From: Octopus vulgaris
Lineage: Eukaryota
Length of the DNA: 64,000 bases
Direction of reading: 5' to 3'
NCBI GenBank assembly: GCA_951406725.2
Contig: OX597825.1
Span: forward strand, 78,306,001-78,370,000
The notes beneath the pieces are model-generated. The model saw only the letters and a list, made by a program, of their open reading frames with translations, was not told where the DNA came from and did not search any database. A program made the translations under genes and the position numbers. Below, one piece after another: positions 36,956-51,354 of the stretch; positions within the stretch are counted from its first letter, which is position 1; every line of letters begins with the position of its first letter.

Positions 36956-39099
36956 CTTAGTAAGGGAAGTGAGGACAATGTTCTTATCGTTCCTTATTTT
37001 TATTAGAGCTTCGAAGTCTTGTGGGAGGAAGAGAGAAAGTTATTCCCAAACTGAAGACCCAGCCCGAATGCTTAAAACAGAGTGAAGTCTGCTGAAAGTA
37101 CCCTAGGTACCAGGTGTTGGTGTTTAACCAGACGCCAAGGTTGAGATAATCTAAGCGAAGCAAATTAAGGGGACTTTGCACACATTACATCAAAGACAAG
37201 GAAGCCCATGTTCTCTGATAAAGATTTCGATTCCTTCTAACCAAAATATCACCCAGAAGGAAGAGGAAATCTATGAAGTTATAAAGAACCCGGAGGTAAA
37301 TAATGAAGATATGAGGTAAAAGAAAAATAGGAAAAGAAATATTCACACACAGATAGAGAGAGTGAGAGAGAAAGAGTAAGGGGGGTAGAGAGGCATTATA
37401 ATTTATTAATTGAATATTTTCTCGCACTCATACAAAATGAAGAGAAACATTCTTACAGAGACAGAGAGAGGGAGGGAGAGAACGCGAGAAAAATTAAAAT
37501 GGTTGATGTCAAATAAGTCAGCATCGAATCAGCAACGCCAAACAGGCAGCGCCAAAACTGCTGTGCCAAGATGCCTCAAACCGTCACCTCGACACGAAGC
37601 AACGTGCAATACTACGTCGTGCCTCACACGATTTATTCAGTTCTTACCATTTTAAGTCTTTCCTTTCATCTACCCACACAACATTTTCTTCCCAAGACAT
37701 TACTATCAGCGCATTTCTTTCAGGACATCGACACTCCAGACAGTATTGTTCTTTTTTCAAGAAAGACTATACCACAAGGTCAGTATGTAGCTTCCTTGTC
37801 GTAATGTTTGCAAGTTTTTAAAAATAAAATTAAAAACTTTAGAATATCTACACTTATCTTTGAGTATTTTGAAAAATATGCTATTCACAATTTTGTTATA
37901 AACATTTATGATAGATAAAACAGAAGTTTGGGTATCGGTTTTCTTTTCATTATGTTCCTGCGTTATCCTTTCTCACTATCTTTGTGGAAAACAACAGGGT
38001 GCAACTTGGAGTTAATTCTCAATGCATTGATGTTGTTGCTTTGCTATTGTTATGCAACAGCAATGCATACATATGCATGCATGCAGAATTTGTAAAAAAG
38101 TAGAAAACGTAATTGAAATTTCAAATTTTATAAAACATACACGTGTTCTAATAAACTGACTGACAAGGTTACACATTTCTTAGGTGAAGTTGCATATTGA
38201 AATACCTCGTCAGTAGTCCGAATCGTTTTATTGAAACACGTGTCGGTTTTATAAAGAATAAAATGCTAGTTACGTTAACTGTATTTTTATGAACACTATT
38301 ACATAGCTCTCATTCCGCACACTTGCCTATCCGTTTAACTTCACTGAGCACAAGAGGGGAGAGTGTGGAACTTACTACTGGGCCCTTACTTTTGGTTACG
38401 CGTCGCGCTTTACAGCGCACGTATATTCTGTTTTTAACTGAAGGCCGTTGTGTATTTGTGTGTGTGTGTATGTACACCCACAATTTATATATATATAAAT
38501 ATCACGTGATCACGTGACCGACCAGATTACTTGATGTTGTTACACATCGTTGCTCACAATGCGCTTTGCATTCGAACGACACCGCTCCACTGGCTACGGG
38601 ACCAGGCCAACATTATCCCTTGATTGAAAGGTAGACTGGAAGCCGACTTTACCATTCCTTCTTTCGGTGTTTATAATTTAAGTACCATTTGCGTACTGGG
38701 GCCGATCTAATTGACTGGCCCCCTCTCACAAAAATTTCGGGCCTTGTGCCTAGAGTAGAAAAAATAAAAAACAACAACACCCACAAACACATAAGAAGGG
38801 AATGTTTGTCAACATGGCGTTATGATAGAAAAGGCAAGCAAGACCAAGGGGTCGCAAAGAGGGATCGATCTCTTTGAACTCGGAACGTAACGACAGACGA
38901 AATACGGCTACGCATTTCTCCCGGCGCGCTAACGTTTCTGCCAGCTCGCCGCCTATCACACCAAAACGGGAACTAAACTGTCAATACTGTTTTTCCTTCT
39001 TATTTTCACTTCGGCAAAAGTACATGAATTTTGTGAAAATTTACACTTCCCACAATGCCCTCACCGGAAGTTAAGCAACATGTCTGTGCGTGTGCGAAT

Positions 39100-39128
39100 A
39101 TATGTATATATGCATGCATGTATGTATG

Positions 39129-39162
<34 letters not shown>

Positions 39163-39262
39163 TGTATGTATGTATGTATGTATGTATGTATGTATGTATG
39201 TATGTATGTATGTATGTGTGTGTATGTATGTATGTATGTATGTATGTATGTATGTATGTATG

Positions 39263-39294
<32 letters not shown>

Positions 39295-39705
39295 TGTATG
39301 TATGTATGTATGCATGTATGTATGTATGTGTGTATGTATGCATGTATGCATGTATGTATCTATGTATGTATGCATGCATGCATGCATGCATGTATGTATG
39401 TATGTATGTATGTATGTATGTATGTATGTATGTATGTATGTATGTATGTATGTATGTGTGTATGTATGCATGTATGTATGTATGTATGTGTGTATGTATG
39501 CATGTATGTATGTATGTATATATGTATGTATGTGTATGTATGTATGTATGTGTGTATGTATGTATATGTGTGTGTGTGTGTGTGCGTGTGTGTGTGTGTG
39601 TCTGTACGTATGCGTGTATAAACATTTCTGGCATGGTTGTTTCCTGAAGGGGATGAATTTGTGATCTATCGTGATAACAAATTAGTTTTCATGTCATATC
39701 CATAT

Positions 39706-39744
<39 letters not shown>

Positions 39745-39773
39745 TAACTGCACACACGTACATATCATATATA

Positions 39774-39825
<52 letters not shown>

Positions 39826-39865
39826 AATGATATAATATAATATGATGTGATGTATGTGTGTATGT

Positions 39866-39919
<54 letters not shown>

Positions 39920-39920
39920 A
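39100..39920. repeat. (TATG)n/(TA)n/(TG)n microsatellites
   Basis: Directly visible. Confidence 0.95.
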
Positions 39921-40240
39921 TTATTTCATTTCGCAAAAGACATCCATTGAGAGATTTTGTTCCACGTAAAGCGAACAAAAAATAAAATAAAATAAAAAGA
40001 AACATGAAACACATTGCCAAAAACAAACAATAAACAACACAGCCAGCAACAACAGCAACAACAACAACAAGATGCTGCTGCTGATGAAGATGAGGATGAT
40101 AATGATTGAGAACATCAAGCAAAAAAAAAAAAGGAAAAAAAAAAGAAAAAAAAACTTGCCAGAGAGGAAAAACTAAAGGAACAACCAACAAACCAGAATG
40201 TGAACGAAGCAGAGAGTCATTATTTAAACCTCTAACATTG

Positions 40241-40292
<52 letters not shown>

Positions 40293-40308
40293 CTTTGCGC
40301 GTGTTTGT

Positions 40309-40353
<45 letters not shown>

Positions 40354-40462
40354 ATTGCGCGTGTTTGTAAGTGTGTGCTTGTGCGTGCGTGCATGTGTAT
40401 GTGTTGTGGTTAGAACCACAATATACACACTTCAATATAATACATACTCATGCTCTTGTATG

Positions 40463-40544
<82 letters not shown>

Positions 40545-40545
<1 letters not shown>

Positions 40546-40744
40546 CATGATAGATCGCTATCCACTACACATTCTTTATTTTCTCTCCTTGTTTCTTTGT
40601 GTGTTCCTTTCTGTGGAAGAGCGTAGGCTCGAAACGTTAACGACTTTTTCACTTCCCAAGCGTTATACTAATACATCTTTACCACCTGTCTATACCACCT
40701 GTCTCCGTCTTTTGATCTTTTTTTTGTGAATTCTCCTTGTATGC

Positions 40745-40799
<55 letters not shown>

Positions 40800-41010
40800 T
40801 AATCCAAACAAGAAAGCCCAAAAAAACACAACAACGCGAGGACGTGGAACAAATATAGTATTATTGGACGCTCAGGGAAGAAGGAAAGAAGGAGGGTTTA
40901 ACGTTTCGAGCGGAGCTCTTCGTTGGAAACATAGGAGAAGGAAAGATCCAGAGAAGGCAAAACAGAGGGAAAAAAATCGACAACGGTACATACGAGGTCA
41001 CATTTTGAAT
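40545..41010. mobile_element. Two related microsatellite-embedded repeats with degenerate hammerhead-like motifs (40545-40740 plus; 40796-41010 minus)
   Basis: CTGTGGAA-gagcgtaggctc-GAAAC-gtt (40611-40638, plus) and CCAACGAA-gagctccgctc-GAAAC-gtt (about 40900-40926, minus). Confidence 0.55.
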
Positions 41011-41025
41011 ATATACATATACATG

Positions 41026-41201
<176 letters not shown>

Positions 41202-41261
41202 GATATATGTATCATCTGATGGAAACAAACAAGATTGTTTTCGATGCGTTGAAATGTATTG

Positions 41262-41444
41262 TAGAACAAGTAGATAGATAAATTTTAATCAACGTGTAGA
41301 TATTGAACAGTATATATATGTATAAAAGATAAAATCCCTTTTTCCTGCTTTTAAAAGAAAAAAAATAAGGATTTTATCCTTTATACATTCATATACTGTT
41401 CAGTATCTACACGTTGATTAAAATTTATCTTTCTACTTGCTCTA
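41262..41444. mobile_element. Foldback/MITE-like inverted repeat, ~78-bp arms
   Basis: tagaacaagtagatagataaattttaatcaacgtgtagata... versus ...tatctacacgttgattaaaatttatctttctacttgctcta. Confidence 0.7.
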
Positions 41445-41489
41445 TGTATATGTATATATATGTATATATATGTATAATGCAAATATGTA

Positions 41490-41654
41490 CATTATTTGCA
41501 TTATTTACAATTGACGGATATTTGTACTCATCTTGTTTGTTGTTAACACAACGCTTCGGCTGATATATCCTCCAGCCTTCATCAGGTGTCTTGGGGAAAT
41601 TTCGAACCTTGGGTTCTCATTCCTAAGGTATTTTCGATGCTGTTGTTGTTGTCG

Positions 41655-41690
<36 letters not shown>

Positions 41691-41720
41691 ACACCACCAT
41701 CATCATTATTATTATCATCA

Positions 41721-41793
<73 letters not shown>

Positions 41794-41875
41794 CATTATT
41801 CAGATCACTGCCTCGAATCGAACTCGAAATCTTGGGGTTAGTAGGCTGCGCTCTTAACCACTACGCCATATGCCC
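41490..41875 (-). mobile_element. tRNA-headed SINE with internal (TAA)/(GAT)n and a hammerhead motif in its 3' part
   Basis: Head gggcatatggcgtagtggttaagagcg...gagttcgattc; tail gacac-CTGATGA-a-ggctg..cagcc-GAAGC-gtt-gtgtt (41545-41590); a second head copy lies at about 24318-24388. Confidence 0.65.
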
Positions 41876-42672
41876 TTGGGCATATGGCGTAATAGTTAAG
41901 AGTCTCCTGAGGCTAAATTACAGCAACATTCGTCCTAAACCAGGACTGCCATGTTATGCTGGCAAATGATCTTTACTCTAGAGTACTGTTGCTGAATATT
42001 TCCCGTTGGAAGATTTACTAAAAGTAATTTTCCATAGTATGAAAAAAGGTGTTGACGCATCTTCTGTTTTTTGCGTTTGTCTTCATCTTATCTTTTACTT
42101 CTTCCTTTGAAAAGTTCAATTCCGGTGGTAACAGAGTGAAACTATTTGAAAAGGTTCTGGCCACCAGTTTCCCCACAATCTTATATCGATGTTAGCCATT
42201 CTGAAAGTTGAATTTAGCTGGTCTTTGTAATGGCAGAAAGGACAACATCGTACTCCTTGTTCCTTTCGCCCTTCATAGATGAGATGATCGATTTCATCTT
42301 AATATTCTTTTGTCATCGAAAAGACTAAAAGCAGACTAAAACGTGTACATAAAACTGCTTGTACATCGCTTCTAAGTCTCTTAGCTACAAAGCCAAGTAG
42401 TCCAGAAACAAGCAAGAGCAGGATCGTGGCTTCGCAATGGGGCGGTTGTGATTTCCGAATTTCCTTCTTTTCGAGTAATATCTAAAGAAAGACTCAACGC
42501 CCACGACTCCCAGTTGTTGGATGGTCATTGACTCTCCTGAGCTTATCCATCCTTTGACAGGTTTTGTCTTTCATTCTACAGGATGGCTTGGTAGGGCTAT
42601 CGGTTTAGTCGCCGATGGCCCGGCCATGGGATAGTCTGTACTGCGTTATGGGTAGCACTAAGAGTGACCCGA

Positions 42673-42741
<69 letters not shown>

Positions 42742-42771
42742 TTATACACATAATATAATACATAAAATAGG

Positions 42772-43135
42772 CGACGGGCTGGCGGAAATGTTAGCGCGCT
42801 GGGCGAAATGCTTAGCGGTAATTCGTCTGCCACTACGTTCTGAGTTCAAATTCCGCTGAGGTCGACTTTGCCTTTTATCCTTTCGGGGTCGATTAAATAG
42901 GTACCAGTTACGCACTGGGGTCGCTGTAATAGACTTGATCCGTTTGTCTCCTCTGTGTTTAGCCCCTTGTGGGTAGTAAAGAAATAGGTATTTCGTCTGT
43001 TTTTACGTTCTGAATTCAAATTCCGCCGAGGTCGACTTTCGGGGTCGATAAATAAAGTACCAGCTGCGTACTGGGGTCGATGTAATCGACTGGCCCCCTC
43101 CCCCAAAATTTGGGGCCTTGTGCCTCGAGCAGAAA
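42772..43135 (+). mobile_element. Meta-core SINE dimer
   Basis: Two successive cores of the 61-530 family. Confidence 0.8.
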
Positions 43136-43750
43136 AATATATAATGCATATAATATATATAGTTACGTGTATGCATATATATATGATGCTGTTATGATGA
43201 GAATATTTTCATAATGTATTCCCCCCCAAAAAAGTGCATCAAATAATAGCTAGAAAAAAATTTATTCCAAATGGGAAAGTAATTCAAAATATAATAGATT
43301 TGTTAGGTTTTTTATATGTTTTCCACGTTTCTCTTACACGTCTTAGCTATACATTTTTCATAAATAATACGATAGACGTATTGTAGTTTTTTCTTGCCGG
43401 CATTTTTCTTTGCCATCAACCGTATCATAGTTTCGTCAACACGCTCAATAATTCAGTTATGTGGCGTTATGATAATGCCGAGCAGAAACCACCCGGCGAG
43501 AGGGTGGCTGTGATTGTTTTCTGCTCGTGTGTTCAATAAATATTTAGCTAATTTCATTGTGAAAATATAACCCGTGGATAAAACAATACTATAGCTTATG
43601 GTTATATCTTCACAGCGCTACTAAATATTTCTTTATTGAGGATATCAAGTATCATTTGAATTTTCACAAATACATAAACATATATTTGGCTGTGACGTCT
43701 TCTCATCGACTTGGAGGCTTTATATGTGTATATATATATATATATGTATG

Positions 43751-43811
<61 letters not shown>

Positions 43812-43918
43812 ATACAGAAAGACAGAGAGAAAGAGAGACAAACAAATAAACAGATATAGTACATATAGGTATATCCCCGTATATACATTATATACATTTA
43901 TTTATGTACGTACACACA

Positions 43919-43999
<81 letters not shown>

Positions 44000-44039
44000 A
44001 TATATAAGCAAGGTGCGATGAGTATATTGTCGTCTATAT

Positions 44040-44833
44040 TACGCAAAAATGAGAATAACACTGACATCTCATTTTAACAGATATATTTACCAAAATTGCA
44101 TAAAAATATCTTGAAATACCAAAGAGCAAATGTATTCAATAAAATCGCCATCAGCTTCGACCACGGCCTTCAGACGCCTTCGGAATCTCTTGCATCTCTT
44201 CTGGACAGTCTCCTTGGTTATGTTGGTGAATGCTGCCATAATCTTTGCCTTCAGTTCATATTTGGTGTTACAAGGAATTTTGTCGGTCTCTCGCCCCACA
44301 CACAGTAATCAAGGGGGTTGCAGTCTGGGGAGTTAGGTGGCCAAAATGTTAGTGGAAATTGTCTGACAGCCATGACTGGGTTCCCCTGCTTGTATGGCAT
44401 GGTGCAGAATCCTGTTGCCAGACATAGGGTGTTCCTGCAGCCACCCTCTTGACCCAGGCACTTGATGTACGACTCTGTGTTGAGTCTGAGGCCGTGTGGG
44501 AAGATGAATGGAGACATAACATTGCCATTACTAGTGATCACTCCAAACACCATGATGCTGATTGGCTGTTCCATTTTTATCACTCTCGGTACATGTTTTG
44601 GGGACACGGCAAGCCAACGGTTGTTCTGTGTGCTCCCCATCTGTTCATATTGGAGCTTCTGGTCCGAATGCCAAGCATTACAGCATGTCATTTCCAAATT
44701 TCTGGAAGAGTGAATTGCACCATGGTGCTGTTTTTCTCGCAGGCGGTGCCCAACTGACCCTACTATACTATGTAGTCGACAAAATCAAAAACAAACAATG
44801 CGCACGCGTGAAATTTGCCCATCGTATCCTGTA
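44040..44833 (-). mobile_element. Tc1/mariner superfamily (maT/DD37D-like) transposon remnant, internally deleted
   Basis: Fragments MVFGVITSNG..PFIF..GLRLNTESYIKCL, FWPPNSPDCNPLDYCVWG, CKRFRRRLKAVVEADGDFIE across frameshifts. Confidence 0.85.
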
Positions 44834-45438
44834 TATACTGACATCTCAAAAATAAATAAGCATCATTCATTATACCCACTTCTTTGTCTGGGGCTTCGAA
44901 AGATGTTGATGTATTATTATAAGATATTATGGGATTATAGGATATCAAATGCTCACAGCAAAAAGCCGTGCTGCGAACACAAGAAACAAAATTGTATTGT
45001 GAGTCAACCTGAAGGTGGACTTAGTACAAAGAGTGTACAGAACCTTGGAATTCCTCTTGCTATAGTTAACAGAGCGATTGTAGAAATAACCAGTAAAAGA
45101 AAGGATTCAACAAGTTCCAGCTCAAGTTGACCTAGGCCTTCTGATCAAAATGTTGTTCAACATGTGGTATGCAGCCGAGTCAGAAATTTCGCAGGAGATA
45201 ATTTCTGAACTTATTAGTTCGATACCCAAACGGGTTTAATCACTGAGAACTGCACAAGGAATATTTTGGTTCTAGACACTATTTTGGTTCTAGACAGAAA
45301 CCGTTAAAAATGGTGTCTATTTACTTTTGGCATGTCTGTGTATGTATTTTGTAAAAACGATTTGTTTGTCTCTGCCAAAGATGAAAGACGAACCGCCATT
45401 AATCATATACTACAGAGCGTGATTTAGAACACACGCAT

Positions 45439-45493
<55 letters not shown>

Positions 45494-46873
45494 TATTAAT
45501 GTAACACAGTAACTTAAAACCTAGTGAAGCTACCAGTCTTGCTCAAATTCCCGTCAGAACTCTGGCGGGAATTTGAGCATTCGCCAGCCTTCTTTGCTTC
45601 GCTATATTTTTCCATACCAGAGGAATATTGCTTCTGTGTTTCGTAGACATAAAAGGAGACTTCAAAAAGGATATCTTTCCTTATTGGACGTCATCAGAAA
45701 TGAATTGAGGTCACCAGGCCACAAACAACTTGCAAAACAATCAGATCGAATGTGAAATCATTCCGATCAAATTATAATACAGGTGATAACCCCGACACAA
45801 TCTTTTTTCTCAAGGAACAACCAGCTTTCTGTAGGCCACGGATGTATGTGTCATGGTTGTCACATGAAAGGAGCTTAAAACTGAAGATGTAGAATTACGT
45901 AGGTGTCTTTGACACCTCAAAATACAAATAAATAAAAAATAAAACTCAGTGAAAACTAGCGACTGATTGAAGATCAAATGGATAAAATTCCATGATGTAA
46001 ACATTGACAATGTATTTACGCTTTATTGGCTCTGATTTGGGTAGATCTATGGTGACGGGTATTGCAGCTGGGACTATTTCGTGTTTTATTGGGATAGGGA
46101 ATAAATTGAGGGATTATTTGGCTATTGTTTTCAGGAGATTAACGTATTTTTACGTTATTGTGATTATTTAGCACCAAACCAGCTCTGATCCGGCAAACCT
46201 ATTTTGTTCAGGTCTCAATATAATCGTTAATATTGACCCCCCTGGGGAAAGGTTTATGTGGCTATCCAAGGGGTTGATTTTCCAACAATATCAAAATAAT
46301 ATAACGGAATTTTTATTGTTATTTATCAATTTCGTTAAGTATTTTCATTAATTTTTTAAAAATTATTTCTTATTGAAATCGATAATGACACAAAAGAATG
46401 AAGAAATTAATGTTTTTAAATGAAGAAAATATTTTTATTAATTGTAATTTTTAACGATTCCACGAAAGGGGTCAAGATATAAGCCTGCTGACCCCTTATT
46501 TTGTGTATCTTTCCCTAAAACGGTAGTGCATACTTTAAGGGTTATTTGGCTACCGTTTCTAGCAAATCACAGTATCTATGAAATCGTGTTGTTCTTTAGC
46601 CCCAGGCCGGCTCTGAGGAAGTACACCAATGATCAAAGGTGTTTCAATAGGAAACACACTCTTGTTTATTCAGGTAGATATTTTCTCCGCACGTCTACGG
46701 AAACACATAATTGAAAATATTTTAAACTTCTATGGATGCACATACTCGAACATAACATCAATTTTGCATTGTGGAATCATTAGAAACACATTAGTTTTTC
46801 GGATTTTAGCTCTTATTTCTAGCAATATAGGTGTTTACAACACCCAAGGCATATTTAGTAACAATCACTGTTT

Positions 46874-46910
<37 letters not shown>

Positions 46911-47135
46911 GATACGTATGCGTGTATGTATATATGCATTTATGTACACACAAATATATGATGCTTTTGTCTCTCGTCATATGCATGTGTATATCTAGGT
47001 ACACTTGCACGTAACTAACGGTCTGAGCATGTCTGTAACGTATATCTATGGAAGTGTATATGTGTGTGTGTGTTTGCGCGCGCGCGTGCGTCTGTCTGTC
47101 TGTGTATGTGTATACGCTCATGGATTCGTATATAT

Positions 47136-47212
47136 TCATACATCGTGTAATGATGCTAAGCTTGTACAGAAACAAATGCAACACGATTTCACATCTTCAA
47201 GAAGGCGGTCAA
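47136..47212 (-). CDS. Putative terminal exon following the TIR-like exon: (V)DRLLEDVKSCCICFCTSLASLHDV*
   Basis: Acceptor tgcttctcttccgcag|TT, phase 1, matches the donor at 47397/47396. Confidence 0.4.
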
Positions 47213-47396
47213 CTGCGGAAGAGAAGCAGAGAGAGAGAGAGAGAGAAAGAGAGAGAGCGAAAAAAAAACAACGAAAAAGACATTGCAAAACACTGCCAGG
47301 TGACGCTCGGATATAGAACCGTGTTGGATGGATAGGCATTTCAAGAGCAACGGAATTGGACATTAAGAGATGCTTATTTACTAAAACAATACTTAC

Positions 47397-47601
47397 CGTT
47401 CGCTAGGAGACGCTCGCCAGTTCCGTTAGAACGCGGGGTGTTTACTTGAGCAAGTTTAGCAACGATCTTTTTTATCTCTTCCTTCAGACGCCTCCAGAAA
47501 TCTCCTTCATTCCAAGAAATCGCTTCGTAGAATTCATTTATTTTAACACCACTCTTGTTTGTCTTTCTGTCTATTCTTACCGATTCGAAGACGGCTGTCA
47601 T
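47397..47601 (-). CDS. Coding exon resembling the C-terminal end of a TIR domain
   Basis: MTAVFESVRID...FYEAISWNEGDFWRRLKEEIKK (W..FW..L, TIR box-3-like); perfect donor G|gtaagt; weak acceptor aaatcag|ATG. Confidence 0.5.
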
Positions 47602-47750
47602 CTGATTTTGTATGTATGTATGTATGTATGTATGTATGTATGTATGTATGTGTTAGTCTGTCTCTCTCTGCCCGTATAAATGCATGTGTTTATAAATGTA
47701 TGTATGTATAAATATATGTATTATGTCTGTATATATGTGTGTGTGTGTGT

Positions 47751-47948
47751 GTATAAGTTTATGTGTGTGTGTCTTTATGTATGTACGGAGTTATGTGTGT
47801 GTATAAGTATATGTGTGTGTGTCTTTATGTATGTACGGAGTTATGTGTGTGTGTGTATAAGTTTATGTGTGTGTGTCTTTATGTATGTACGGAGTTATGT
47901 GTGTGTGTATAAGTTTATGTGTGTGTGTCTATGTATGTACGGAGTTAC
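47751..47948. repeat. Minisatellite, ~44-48-bp unit x4
   Basis: gtataagtttatgtgtgtgtgtctttatgtatgtacggagttatgtgtgt repeated. Confidence 0.8.
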
Positions 47949-48576
47949 GTGCATGTATCAAGTGTATGTATTTATATATCTATAAATGTATAAATGTATG
48001 TATATATTATGGCTATATGTACGCTTTTATGGATATTAAATGCATGTATATATATATATAAATGTATATATATGTATATGTATATATATATGAGTGTGTG
48101 TGTGCGTCTGTGTATGCTTTTTATATTCGTTTTTATTGACAAATTTTCATGTATGTTATATATACACAAATATATATATATATATATATACACACAAATA
48201 AATACCTGTTATCATCATATACAATATATATATGTGTGGTTGTATGTACGCATAGAATGTATAGGCAGCGATTAGGCCCAGTCTATAGAGAGCCTGGCAA
48301 TATTCGTTGAGACAGTCTCGAAGATCTAAGTTCAAATACTGCCGAGGTCAACTTCGTCTTTCATGCTTTCTGGGTACTGTGTTTGGGTCGGTTCCTGCTT
48401 TGCTTTGTTTGTTTATCTCTATGTCATTTTCTAGCAGAAAACGGGTAGGTTCAGAGCTGCAGAAGGACAGGTTCCGCAGTGTCTTAAACGTGGTCCAGTT
48501 AACCAGTGTAACGTCACGTTGTCCTCACGATACCATTAATAATTGAGGCTGCAGGACAAGGCAATGTGCATATATA

Positions 48577-48960
48577 TCTCTCTCTATATAAACGGCAGTT
48601 TGTCTGTGCGTGTTTCTGTGTGTCTGTTTGCTTGTACCCTCACCCTGACCACGGCTTTTAACCGATTCTGATGAAACTTGACACACACATAGCCCAATGT
48701 CATAATTCAAAACTAACGTAGCGAAAATTTTGAAAAGTTCCCCCAGTTCTGAAAAAAATCGATAAATTTGACATGGGGTCGAGAATCAGAAACACAAACC
48801 GCAAACTGTCTAGGGGACGCAACTCCACCTTTTTTCACTCTCAAAAAGAATTTACCATCATTTTTTTCCATTTTTTTGCTATTTTTTGGCTATAACTCTC
48901 TAAAAATGCTTTATAGTTATTTCCCTTACAAACCTGAGCAACGCCGGGCGATACTGCTAG
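48577..48960 (+). mobile_element. Non-autonomous Helitron
   Basis: A|TCtctctctatataaacggcag...cctgagcaacgccgggcgatactgCTAG|T. Confidence 0.8.
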
Positions 48961-49354
48961 TTATAAATACATGTATACACAAACACATACACACACACAC
49001 ATCCTTTAGAGATTAGTGGTTCTGATGAATCTTCAATATATTGAGATATCTGTAGAATTTCTTGTTTATATTGTATTATAGATGTTCTCTTTGATATTGT
49101 CATATTCTGTTTGCAATCTTGTTTTGCTTATATATGTATGTATATATGTATGTATGTATATATATATATATATATATATTTACACACACACACACACGCT
49201 CACACATATACATACATACTTACATATATATATATTGATAAAAACGGTAAGATAACAAAAGAAAGAAAGAGACCTCGATATTATGTAAATAGAAGAATTT
49301 ATCTGTAAATGTAATGTGACAATTATTCGGTAGCCATATATATATATATATATA

Positions 49355-49429
<75 letters not shown>

Positions 49430-49639
49430 AAGATTATTCTTCAAATTCTTTCAATAAAGACAGGATGCTAATTAAAACAAAAACCAAAACAAAACCAATA
49501 AAAAACAGAAAAGGAATCTTAGATTGTTCATTGGTATCAAATCAAAGACAACAGTGTACAAATAATATCAGCAGATTCAGAAATGTCTTTTATATGTCTT
49601 CAGCGTCTCGCATAATGACAGAGTTTCTTCTGGTCCTTC

Positions 49640-50130
49640 ACGTTTTGAGTTCAAATTCCACCGAGGTCAACTTTGCCTTTCATCCTTTCTAGGTCGATAA
49701 AATAAATACCAGTTAAGCACTGGGGTCGATGTAATCGAATAGACCCCTCCCCACAAATTTCAGGACTTGTGCCTATAGAAGAAAGGATTATTATTAGGGT
49801 GGTGCGTTGGCAGAGTCATTAGGCCGTCGGACAAAATGCTTAGCGTCATTTCTTCCGGAACTTTACGTTCTGAGTTCAAATACCGCCGGGGTCGACTTTA
49901 CCTTTCACACTCTCGGAATCGATGAAATAAGTACCATTTGAGCACTGGTGATGTGGCCTGGGGGGAGGGGTGTGATCGATTTAATCGAATAGCCCCTTCC
50001 CCTCAAAATTGGTGCCCGTGTTCAAATTCCACTGGCGTCAGCTTTGTCTTTCATCTCCTTGGGGGTCGATAAAATAATTACCAGTCAAATATAGACATTG
50101 ATGTGATTGAGTTGTCCCCTCTCCGAAAAA
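49640..50130 (+). mobile_element. Cluster of Meta-core SINE copies
   Basis: Three successive gttcaaat..gtcaactttgcctttcatcc cores. Confidence 0.7.
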
Positions 50131-50175
50131 CAGCTAACCATGTACAAAAGTTTTAATCGCTCTCTCTCTCTCTCC

Positions 50176-50217
<42 letters not shown>

Positions 50218-50222
50218 ATATC

Positions 50223-50268
<46 letters not shown>

Positions 50269-50294
50269 CATATATATACATATATACATCTTTT

Positions 50295-50485
50295 ACATCT
50301 TTTAGTTGTTTCAATCATTTGACTGCGGCTATGCTGGAGCACCGCCTTTAGTCGAGCAAATCGACCCCAGGACTTATTCTTTGTAAGCCTAGTACTTATT
50401 CTACCGGTCGTTTTTGCCGAACCACTAAGTTACGTGGACGTAAACACACCAACATCGGTTGTCAAGCGATGTTGGGGAACAAACA

Positions 50486-50569
<84 letters not shown>

Positions 50570-50732
50570 CGACGGGCTTCTTTCAGTTTCCGTCTACCAA
50601 ATTCACTGACAAGGCTTTGGTCGGCCCGAGGCTATAGTAGAAGACACTTACCTAAGGTGCCACGCAGTGGAATTGAACCCGGAACCATGTGGTTGGTAAG
50701 CAAGCTACTTACCACACATCCACTCCTGCGGC
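50295..50732 (-). mobile_element. CORE-SINE, OR-type
   Basis: Reverse complement of the 8854-9272 family. Confidence 0.8.
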
Positions 50733-50825
<93 letters not shown>

Positions 50826-50987
50826 CCGAAGAGTCCCAATAAATGAACGCTAGCGCTAAATAAAGAATTATCCAAAATTCTGACTGCTACCATTTTTTTT
50901 ATATACAAAATCACTGCTGAAAATCTATACATACATACATACATACATACATACATGCATGCATACATACATACATACATACATACA

Positions 50988-51019
<32 letters not shown>

Positions 51020-51232
51020 CATACATACATACATACATACATACATACATACATACATACATACATACATACATACATACATACATACATACATACATAC
51101 ATACATACATACATACATACATACATACATACATACATACATACATACATACATACATACATACATACATACATACATACATACTGCATGCATACATACA
51201 TACATACATACATACATACATACATACATACA

Positions 51233-51264
<32 letters not shown>

Positions 51265-51290
51265 CAGATATATACATACAGACAGACTGG

Positions 51291-51354
<64 letters not shown>

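Noticed and set aside
42000-42600. Protein-like unique stretch on the minus strand
   Set aside because: Stops in all frames and no recognisable motif.
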